Shown in pieces: positions 1 through 7,418 of a stretch of 32,986 bases of DNA. Below the pieces are notes generated by a model, which searched no databases, was not told where the DNA came from, and saw only the letters and a program-made list of their open reading frames with translations. A program made the position numbers and the translations under genes. Source of the DNA: a virus. Its lineage: Duplodnaviria > Caudoviricetes. Position 1 is the first letter of the stretch; each line of letters begins with the position of its first letter. Location of the stretch: IMG/VR virus record IMGVR_UViG_3300020281_000083, positions 1-32,986 of that record; one strand, 5' to 3'.

Positions 1-437
1 GAGAACCGGATCACCAGGTTACTTGGTTTTAATTTGAGGAAGGCTTTCACCCATGCTTCCCGGGTCGGCATCCAATGTTTAACGTTAGGCGTTAACTTAC
101 AAACTGCGAATATTTTAAATAAGTGTTCCTTGTCTTGTACATCTCCCGAATCGTGCCATCTGAAATAATTAGATCTTTTGGACCTGATGGCCTCAACCAT
201 GGCCGGGATCCATGAAGCTTTTTTAATAGATCTTAAACGCCTGTATTGTGCTTGCTGTACAACTTTAAAAACATAACAGCCCTTCAAAGCATAGCAGCCT
301 TCACAAACTGAGTTCTTAACTTTTACAAGCTTGCTGCCTGTTTTGCATTCTTTTGCAGGTAGGCCGTAGGCCCATCCTGGCATCTTGGAAGGCTTGCTCA
401 AGCCTCCGATAATTTTTAATGCTCGTTTACTTTTCAT
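1..437 (-). CDS. Gp88-like (Cys-motif, radical-SAM-like) phage protein, runs off the left edge; not in ORF track
   Basis: Manual translation from ATG at 437: MKSKRALKIIGGLSKPSKMPGWAYGLPAKECKTGSKLVKVKNSVCEGCYALKGCY...YFRWHDSGDVQD...KHWMPTRE. The C...CxxCYA and FRWHDSGD motifs are typical of Gene product 88-family proteins. GGAAGG RBS upstream. Confidence 0.75.
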   Translation of the reverse strand, partial: MKSKRALKIIGGLSKPSKMPGWAYGLPAKECKTGSKLVKVKNSVCEGCYALKGCYVFKVVQQAQYRRLRSIKKASWIPAMVEAIRSKRSNYFRWHDSGDVQDKEHLFKIFAVCKLTPNVKHWMPTREAWVKAFLKLKPSNLVIRF

Positions 438-466
438 AATTCTTTATACCTTCCAATTGTGGCCTG

Positions 467-725
467 CTTGTGGCTTGGCGCTTTCGTCGTACAGCTCTTG
501 CCGCACGAGGAACCTGCGCCGAGTCACTTGTTGCTTGGGGCTTTAGCCTGCCCCGTCGGCAAGGTTTCCATTTAAAGTCTAGCCACCTTTCAACTGTGAC
601 TTTGGTCCAATTGCGTTGGTTAGGTCAATCCCCGCTACTAACAATTGGATCAGGGCTCAAGGGCGAGGTCATGCATCGCCATTAAGCCAGAGTCAGTTAT
701 TATCAAGGCTCATGACTCAGGAGCC
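467..725. ncRNA. Cluster of stem-loops and a pseudoknot in an intergenic leader (putative structured RNA or ssDNA elements)
   Basis: Complementary arms 470-481/516-527, 538-546/572-580, 603-613/642-652, 662-666/676-680, 690-695/713-718 and 707-711/721-725. The region is GC-richer than its flanks. Confidence 0.5.
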
Positions 726-731
726 GTTATT

Positions 732-771
732 AATATATACACTTGACAATCATTTGTCAATAGGATAATAT
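732..771. promoter_or_regulatory. Overlapping divergent sigma70-type promoters
   Basis: Plus strand: TTGACA(743-748)-17-TAATAT(766-771). Minus strand: TTGACA(760-755)-17-TATATT(737-732). The two -35 boxes form the inverted repeat TTGACAA-tcat-TTGTCAA. Confidence 0.75.
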
Positions 772-794
772 AGGATTATTAACGGAAGGAAAAT

Positions 795-1337
795 ATGACT
801 AGATCAATGACAAAATATCAACTGGAACATTTTAAGTCTAAGGTAAGACGGAACTTTGAACCATTGATAAAAGAACAAGAACTGTTGGTTAAACAGTACA
901 GGACTGAAGCAACCGAAAAGATAGTCGGCAAGCTAGCCAAGAAAATGGGCGCTGATAAAATCTTAAATGAATTCAGGAAGGCGGAAGCTCAACTGAAGGC
1001 CGTTCAAGATAAAGCCCGAACCTTCTTCAAGAAGAAGGCCGATAAAGATAAAAAAGAAATAAGTAATTATCGTTTTGACCGAGACGAAAAACTGTCGCTG
1101 TCTGATTGTGAAGAACAGCTGAAGGACTGGGCGAGAGAACTTGTTGATGCTGAAATAAGAAGAAGGCCTGAAGGTAAGAAGCTAAAACAGCTTGAGGATT
1201 TACAGCGAAGGTCAATAGATACAGTTATGGAAGCTGGAACGCCTGAGGAGTTATTGAAGGCGCTTGATACTGAGACTAAGAAAATTGGGATCGCTTGGGT
1301 TGTACCAACTCACAATATAAAACAAATCACTAACTAA
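795..1337 (+). CDS. Hypothetical charged/coiled-coil phage protein
   Basis: 180-aa ORF with GGAAGGA RBS, a promoter upstream and a terminator downstream. Confidence 0.8.
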   Translation: MTRSMTKYQLEHFKSKVRRNFEPLIKEQELLVKQYRTEATEKIVGKLAKKMGADKILNEFRKAEAQLKAVQDKARTFFKKKADKDKKEISNYRFDRDEKLSLSDCEEQLKDWARELVDAEIRRRPEGKKLKQLEDLQRRSIDTVMEAGTPEELLKALDTETKKIGIAWVVPTHNIKQITN

Positions 1338-1344
1338 ATAAAAA

Positions 1345-1372
1345 GAGCCCAGCGCCGTGAGGCGCTGGGCTC
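1345..1372. terminator. Probable bidirectional rho-independent terminator
   Basis: GAGCCCAGCGCC-GTGA-GGCGCTGGGCTC is a perfect 12-bp stem. It has an A-tract on the left and a T-tract shortly to the right, and lies between convergent genes. Confidence 0.85.
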
Positions 1373-1380
1373 AATCTTTT

Positions 1381-1569
1381 TTAATCTAACAGTGTCATAT
1401 ATGCACTAGGATTAAGTCTGCTAAACTTATCTAATCCAGATTGCATAGTTTTATAATCCTCATTAACCTCTGCCAATTTTATTTGGTCGTATAAAATTGC
1501 TTCCTCATTAGTTAACATCTCGGACTGACCCGAAAATGGATTTGTTCTTTTATATTTTCTAAATGCCAT
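1381..1569 (-). CDS. Small hypothetical protein
   Basis: 62 aa, GGAGGT RBS, last of three tightly packed leftward ORFs. Confidence 0.75.
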   Translation of the reverse strand: MAFRKYKRTNPFSGQSEMLTNEEAILYDQIKLAEVNEDYKTMQSGLDKFSRLNPSAYMTLLD

Positions 1570-1570
1570 T

Positions 1571-1786
1571 CTAGTTTATACCTCCCTCATATTTAATTTT
1601 AGTTTTGCCTACCGCCATGCGCCATGCATCTTGGTCCAAGTCCCAATATATTAAACATTGGTTACCTTGAGACGAAACAAAAGACTTGCCTTTTGTTCCG
1701 TCAGGTTTATCAAACCAACCTTTACGAGTGATAAACTTTTGATGCTTCCTAGCATAGTAAGTTATGTAGAAATTATTTTTTGTCAT
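1571..1786 (-). CDS. Small hypothetical protein
   Basis: 71 aa, aromatic-rich (FYITYY...IYWDLD...WR), overlaps the upstream gene. Confidence 0.75.
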   Translation of the reverse strand: MTKNNFYITYYARKHQKFITRKGWFDKPDGTKGKSFVSSQGNQCLIYWDLDQDAWRMAVGKTKIKYEGGIN

Positions 1787-1955
1787 TTAATCTCTTTTCT
1801 AACTCTAGGACTCTTGTTGCTAATAAATTAAGATTGTCTGTGTTTGTTTCAACAACCTTGCCTAACTTTAAGATGTTTTGTGCATTTGTTCCAATCATCT
1901 CTGCCAATTTTTTGGCCATCTTGTAGAGATTGATTGTGTCTTTTACGTCGTACAT
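1773..1955 (-). CDS. Small hypothetical coiled-coil protein
   Basis: 60 aa, AAAGGAG RBS upstream. Confidence 0.7.
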   Translation of the reverse strand: MYDVKDTINLYKMAKKLAEMIGTNAQNILKLGKVVETNTDNLNLLATRVLELEKRLNDKK

Positions 1956-2013
1956 TTTGCTCCTTTGTTGCTCCTATTTTATCATGGATATTATTTGATT
2001 ACAATAAACTCTA

Positions 2014-2240
2014 TGTCCATAATGGGTCGGCGCCCTTCGGGCGCCGTGAACACTACATCTTGTGTCAAGGAACTGTGTGTTCAAAATGGGTCGCGCCTTG
2101 GAACTAGGTGTCCATTTTGGGTCGGCCCCCCTGCGGGGGGCCGTTTACCTTTTGTTCTAACCAAGTGTCCATTTTGGGTTTTCTTGCGCACAAAACCAGA
2201 ACGCACGCAGAACGAAACAGGGCCGCCCTGCGGGCGGCCC
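2014..2240. repeat. Four imperfect direct repeats TGTYCAWWWTGGGT interspersed with three GC-rich triloop hairpins
   Basis: Repeats start at 2014, 2078, 2109 and 2166. Hairpins are at 2028-2046, 2123-2143 and 2220-2240. Confidence 0.8.
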
Positions 2241-2374
2241 AGGGGTCCCAAACAAATTACAAAAATCAATTATTAGTTGTACCCCACCCACCCTAATTAC
2301 AAAAAGGGGTCCCACTACTACAGGTTGTAGTGCTGGATTTATAAAGTTATTCATGCTAAAAACTTTTTGGTGCC

Positions 2375-3838
2375 ATGCTAACAAACGAACAGATAAAAAA
2401 ATTACCTGCAGACGTAAGACGTCGATACAAAGCTTTAAAAGTTAAAAAGAGAAGAGCTTCAATAAAAGATAATGCCAACGAAAACTTTCTAGCATTCGTA
2501 AAAACTATGTGGCCAGACTTCGTACAGGGGTCCCATCACCGACATATTGCTGACAAGTTCGACAAGCTGGCACGAGGCGAAATCACAAGATTAATTGTAA
2601 ACATGCCACCTAGGCATACAAAATCTGAATTTGCATCTTATCTTTTGCCAGCGTGGATGGTGGGCCGTGATCCAAAACTCAAGATCATTCAAGCAACCCA
2701 CACGGCAGAACTCGCATTTAGATTTGGTCGTAAAACAAAAAACTTAATCGATACAGAAGAATATCAAAAAATTTTTAAAACAACTTTACAAGAAGATTCA
2801 AAAGCAGCAGGACGTTGGGAAACTTCGGCAGGAGGAGAATACTTCGCGGCTGGTGTAGGGGGAGCTATTACAGGACGAGGCGCTGATCTACTGATCATTG
2901 ATGACCCGCACTCAGAGCAAGACGCCATGTCGAGAACAGCCTTAGACTCCGCTTACGAATGGTATACATCAGGACCAAGACAACGTTTACAGCCTGGTGG
3001 TAAAATAGTTTTAGTGATGACGAGATGGTCTACTCGAGATCTCACAGGAAGATTAATTAATAATCAAAAAGAACCAAAGTCTGATCAGTGGCACGTGGTC
3101 GAATTTCCAGCGATCATGGACCACGAACCAGTGTGGCCACAGTATTGGACCATAGAAGAATTAGAAAAGGTACAAGCCTCTCTACCGGCGGGTAAATGGA
3201 ATGCACAATGGATGCAGAACCCTGTAGCAGAGCAAGGAGCTCTAATTAAACGTGATTGGTGGAACATGTATCAAGGCAAAGAGGTCCCACAACTAAGCTA
3301 CGTTTTACAATCTTACGATACCGCCTTCTCCAAAAAAGAGACCGCCGACTTTTCAGCTATAACCACCTGGGGTTTATTCTATCCATACGAAGACTCGTTA
3401 CCCAATATTATCTTATTAGACGCTGTCAAAGATAGATTTGACTTTCCAGAACTTAGAAGACAAGCCTTGCAACAATATCATCATTGGAAACCTGATATGG
3501 TTGTGATTGAGGCAAAGGCATCTGGACAGCCTTTAATCGACGAATTTAGAAAATTATACATACCCGTTTTCGCCTTTACTCCGTCCAAAGGAAATGATAA
3601 ACATTCTAGAGTAAACAGCGTGGCTCCTCTTTTTGAGTCAGGGATAGTTTGGGCACCCGATAGAGACTTTGCTGAGGAGGTCGTTGAACAATGCGCCGCG
3701 TTTCCTTATGGGGATCACGACGACCTTGTAGACTGTACAACACAGGCTTTACTAAGATTTAGGCAGAGTGGTTTATTACAACACCCTGAAGATTACATAG
3801 AGGAGACAACAGCAACTAGGCCCAGAACTTATTATTGA
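2375..3838 (+). CDS. terL: Terminase large subunit
   Basis: Walker A-like NMPPRHTKS, Walker B LLIIDD, motif III VMTRW, and C-terminal RNase H-fold nuclease residues (SYDTA, IEAKASG, HDDLVD). Confidence 0.95.
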   Translation: MLTNEQIKKLPADVRRRYKALKVKKRRASIKDNANENFLAFVKTMWPDFVQGSHHRHIADKFDKLARGEITRLIVNMPPRHTKSEFASYLLPAWMVGRDPKLKIIQATHTAELAFRFGRKTKNLIDTEEYQKIFKTTLQEDSKAAGRWETSAGGEYFAAGVGGAITGRGADLLIIDDPHSEQDAMSRTALDSAYEWYTSGPRQRLQPGGKIVLVMTRWSTRDLTGRLINNQKEPKSDQWHVVEFPAIMDHEPVWPQYWTIEELEKVQASLPAGKWNAQWMQNPVAEQGALIKRDWWNMYQGKEVPQLSYVLQSYDTAFSKKETADFSAITTWGLFYPYEDSLPNIILLDAVKDRFDFPELRRQALQQYHHWKPDMVVIEAKASGQPLIDEFRKLYIPVFAFTPSKGNDKHSRVNSVAPLFESGIVWAPDRDFAEEVVEQCAAFPYGDHDDLVDCTTQALLRFRQSGLLQHPEDYIEETTATRPRTYY

Positions 3839-3840
3839 TT

Positions 3841-5448
3841 ATGCCAAGTTTATTTAAAGAAATATTTCAACAAGTATTTAGAAGATTTGTAAAAGACAGA
3901 GGTAGATTTCCAACACCAGCAGAAAGAGATGTGCTCCAAGACATAGCTCAGAAAGAAGCTAGAAAACAAATGGAGAATATAGATCCTGTTTTCAAAGGCG
4001 TAGACAAGATGGACCCTGATAAACCTTTTAGAGGTTTCAAACCAAAAGTAGTACCAAAAGTTGAAACAGAAGCAGAGATACTAGCTAGAATGAATAGACA
4101 AAACAAAGAAGCTGTTGAAAGACTTAGAAAGAAAAAACAAGACAGAGAAGATTTTAGTATTGGTGGTGGTGTGATGAAAATTATTAAAGCTCTTGCTAAA
4201 AAAAGTCCTCTACAAAGATATAAAGATTATTTGGCAAGTGTAAAACGAAGAGCACAAACAGAACCAGAAAAACTAGCTCCTGAACTAGGTGCAGTCGCAG
4301 GTGGTGGTATTCTCGTTAACAGACAAATGAAAAGAATTTTAGAAGAGATGAAAGAGCAGGATAAAGAAATTAACTTAGAAAATTTTAAACAAGAATTAGA
4401 AAACGATCCTTTTTATCAAGAGCGTCCTGAACTTAAAGATAAAGTTTTAGAAAAATACGTAGAGACTATGTTTGGTGAAGAAAAAGCAAACGGTGGTCGA
4501 ATAGGTTTTAGTGGTGGCGGTGCAGGTTTACCTGCTGCTACAGGTGGACAAACAGTTTTTATGGGTCCAACTTTACCTGAAGAGGAAGACGAAGAGGAAA
4601 TTGTTGTACAAGACCCTGGTCCAACAGCAGAAGAAATCCCAATGCCAATGTTTGGTAATTTTGAAACCAACGATCCTAAAGAAGCTGCTAAACGTATTTT
4701 AATGGAATACAGTCAAAGATTTGGCACAGGACAACAAAGTGCACCTCTTGGAGGTGGAATAAATTTATTATTCGGTATGGGAGCAAACAGACCAATGGAT
4801 GTTGGTCTAGGTATGCAAAAAGGAAATTTTAGTGGAGGCATAGGTTCTCTTAATGGCAATGTTTCTGCAGGAATTAATTTTAAAAAATCATTTCAAGAAG
4901 GTGGTCCGGTTGATCCAGACAGAAGAACGTTTGTAAAAATTTTAGGAGGACTCGCATCTATTCCTATTCTTGGAAAATTTGTGGCACCTTTAAAACAAGC
5001 AGCACCTGTTATAGCTGAGACAGCAAAAGAAGTTCCAGCTTATTTTTTTAAACTCGTAGATAAAATTAGAAGACTTGGTAAGGATGCACCAGGACTTACA
5101 GACATAGAAAGAACGACAGGTAAGAAATATAAAAATTATGAAATGGTAGAAGATCAAACTACTGGAGATATTATTATTAAAAAACAAAAACAAGGTAGCA
5201 CTATGGTAGGTGATGACATGGTTGAAGGAACAATGTCAGAAGAAGTGCTAGCTTATAGAACACCAAAGAATACTCCAGAAGGTAGGCTGCCAGCAGACTA
5301 CGAAGAGATTACAGTAAAACCAGACTTTGAAGGTAAGATGAGAGATGTTGAAGATGGTTTAGATTCTATGAGTGAAATCTTAGAAGAAGTTGGAGAGACT
5401 CAACTTAAAAAAGCAAGTGGTGGGCTAGCATATATGCTAGGAGAATAA
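3841..5448 (+). CDS. Modular hypothetical protein with repeated xxGG motifs (possible internal virion protein)
   Basis: Long ORF between terL and portal. ATG 3841 is preferred over TTG 3835. Motifs: FSIGGG, KANGGRIGFSGGG, FQEGG, KASGGL. Confidence 0.7.
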   Translation: MPSLFKEIFQQVFRRFVKDRGRFPTPAERDVLQDIAQKEARKQMENIDPVFKGVDKMDPDKPFRGFKPKVVPKVETEAEILARMNRQNKEAVERLRKKKQDREDFSIGGGVMKIIKALAKKSPLQRYKDYLASVKRRAQTEPEKLAPELGAVAGGGILVNRQMKRILEEMKEQDKEINLENFKQELENDPFYQERPELKDKVLEKYVETMFGEEKANGGRIGFSGGGAGLPAATGGQTVFMGPTLPEEEDEEEIVVQDPGPTAEEIPMPMFGNFETNDPKEAAKRILMEYSQRFGTGQQSAPLGGGINLLFGMGANRPMDVGLGMQKGNFSGGIGSLNGNVSAGINFKKSFQEGGPVDPDRRTFVKILGGLASIPILGKFVAPLKQAAPVIAETAKEVPAYFFKLVDKIRRLGKDAPGLTDIERTTGKKYKNYEMVEDQTTGDIIIKKQKQGSTMVGDDMVEGTMSEEVLAYRTPKNTPEGRLPADYEEITVKPDFEGKMRDVEDGLDSMSEILEEVGETQLKKASGGLAYMLGE

Positions 5449-7415
5449 TGAAAATAAAACATTACAACGATGCAATCGACTGGCTCACTCGCCCTAAATT
5501 TAACGGCGGTGGCTCTGTAAAAAACAAAGAAGTCCTACCTAAAAGAAAACCAGAAGAAGAACTTAAGAAAAGAAAAAAGAAAAGATTTGAAAAACTTAAA
5601 GAGTATTTAGAAAACCCAGAAGAGGTAGAAGAAATGTTAGAGCTACAAGATGGTGGTCGGATTCAATTTCAAGCTGGAACTTATCCTAAAACAAATCCTC
5701 AAGATTTACAAAAATTAAGAAATTATCTTAAAAATTTAAAAGAGTCTCCTCAAACGAGCAAGCTTTCTAAACAGTTTAATATTGATAGAAGAACAATTAA
5801 TTTAATTTTAGAAAGAGAATTTCCTGATTTAGTAACAACTCCTGGTCAAAGACAAGCTGCAAACGTAGCAGAAATGAACAAGCTACGAAAAGAAGCTACA
5901 GAGGCAGGTTACGAAAAAATATTAAAAGAGGGGTTTTTAGATGACTATAAACTAAAGATAGAAACACCTTCTGGATCGCCTTTTGCTAAAGGTTTAACAA
6001 ATGCACAATTAGCTAAGAAATATTTTCCAGATGTACCAGAAGCTACAGGGATAGCAAGAGTAGAAAAATTAAATAGATATATTAGAAAAAAATTTCCTGA
6101 TCTTACTTACAAGCCAGGAGAACCAACGTCTGCAACTGCAAAAAGAAGACGAGAGCGTATTATGGAGCAAAGAAAATTTTTGTCTGAAGAAGAAAAAAGA
6201 ATTAGAAAACAACAATCTGCTCAAAAGAAAATTTTAAATAAATATTTTAGTAATAACCCAGAAGAAATTTTAAATAAAAAAGAAGTTAAAAAACTAGTTG
6301 ATGTTAAATTAAAAGATGGAAAATTAGATTTTACTCCTAGATATAAAACAGATAAAGAATACATTGATCTAGCTAAAAAAGGACTATTGTTTGACGAGTA
6401 TGATATTACTCCTGTAAGACTTGAAAAAAGAAATATTGAGTTTCCAATTAATAAAAATGTAACTCCTGCAAAATTTAATCAAGGGTTTATTAAACAAGTA
6501 GATGCTTATTATAAAAAAACAAAGGGGTCTACAGACGCAAATGTTTTAGCCAACAAAAAAATTATTTCTGATTTTTTAGATAGTTATGGTCTTACCTTAG
6601 AAACACGAGGTGAAAGAATAGGTAGTCCTACTAAGTTACCTGCAATCAATAAACAAACAGGAGAGTTACCTAATATTAAAAATACTTTAAAAAAAATGAA
6701 TATTGGTAATTTATCTTTAGACACATATGTACAGCCAAAAACTAAACCCATTGAGGCTTTTGTTAAAAATATTAAAAACGTGGCGCCACAATTAAATGCC
6801 AAGCTTCCAATAATATCTACCATGTACGATGTAGCAAAATCTATTCCTGGTGATATAGGAAAAGCAAAATATTTATCAGCTGGTTTTAAAACTTTAGGTT
6901 TAGCTGTCGCTCCTTATGTTGCCTACACAACTTATCAAGATGTTATGGCAGGGAAAAATTTAGTTGAAGCACTAGAAAGAAATATAATTGGTACAGATAT
7001 TATAGGTGGCACAAAAGATATTTTAGCCATGACTCCAGAAGAAAGAGAAGCTAGAGCAAAAGTTAAACAAGAGCAAATAGCAGAATTAAATATAGACATG
7101 CCTACAGGTTTTGGTTTTATAGAAGCACCACCTGTACAAACAGATATGGCTTTAGAAGAAGCAAAACAAAAACTTGATGCTGCTAAACAAAGAGTTGCAA
7201 AAGAAAGAGCTGAAGATGAAGCTGGTGTTGCAGCTATAAGAAGACAAGCTCTTGATAAAGTGATAGATGCTGCTACTGGTAACAGAACAACAGCTATGAA
7301 ATTAGCCGGTGGTGGACTATTAAAGCAAGCAGGTAAACGATCTGGGCCACCCCCTGAAAAGGGACCAGGAGGCTTGGCTTCGTTAGAAGACTATGCTAGA
7401 ACAATGATGGAGTAA
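5448..7415 (+). CDS. Modular hypothetical protein with xxGG motifs and a Lys-rich central region
   Basis: 655 aa, TAATG-coupled. Motifs: KFNGGG, LQDGGRI, LAGGGL, GPGGL. Confidence 0.7.
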   Translation: MKIKHYNDAIDWLTRPKFNGGGSVKNKEVLPKRKPEEELKKRKKKRFEKLKEYLENPEEVEEMLELQDGGRIQFQAGTYPKTNPQDLQKLRNYLKNLKESPQTSKLSKQFNIDRRTINLILEREFPDLVTTPGQRQAANVAEMNKLRKEATEAGYEKILKEGFLDDYKLKIETPSGSPFAKGLTNAQLAKKYFPDVPEATGIARVEKLNRYIRKKFPDLTYKPGEPTSATAKRRRERIMEQRKFLSEEEKRIRKQQSAQKKILNKYFSNNPEEILNKKEVKKLVDVKLKDGKLDFTPRYKTDKEYIDLAKKGLLFDEYDITPVRLEKRNIEFPINKNVTPAKFNQGFIKQVDAYYKKTKGSTDANVLANKKIISDFLDSYGLTLETRGERIGSPTKLPAINKQTGELPNIKNTLKKMNIGNLSLDTYVQPKTKPIEAFVKNIKNVAPQLNAKLPIISTMYDVAKSIPGDIGKAKYLSAGFKTLGLAVAPYVAYTTYQDVMAGKNLVEALERNIIGTDIIGGTKDILAMTPEEREARAKVKQEQIAELNIDMPTGFGFIEAPPVQTDMALEEAKQKLDAAKQRVAKERAEDEAGVAAIRRQALDKVIDAATGNRTTAMKLAGGGLLKQAGKRSGPPPEKGPGGLASLEDYARTMME

Positions 7416-7418
7416 TAA

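Noticed and set aside
480-500. Hammerhead-like CUGUACGA...CGAAA on the minus strand
   Set aside because: The core does not match CUGAnGA and there is no stem II, so it is not supportable as a hammerhead.
467-659. CRISPR array interpretation of the 60-nt periodic repeats
   Set aside because: Repeats are only ~12 nt and degenerate, the units fold as whole hairpins, and no cas genes are present.
470-685. 71-aa + strand ORF
   Set aside because: GTG start without RBS, atypical composition, and it coincides with the stem-loop array upstream of the + promoter.
2040-2068. Minus-strand TTGACA at 2068-2063 as a promoter
   Set aside because: The -10 position falls in a pure GC hairpin arm.
1878-2384. 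Four overlapping short ORFs on both strands
   Set aside because: By-products of GC-rich hairpins and repeats, with no RBS and Pro/Gly/Arg-biased translations.
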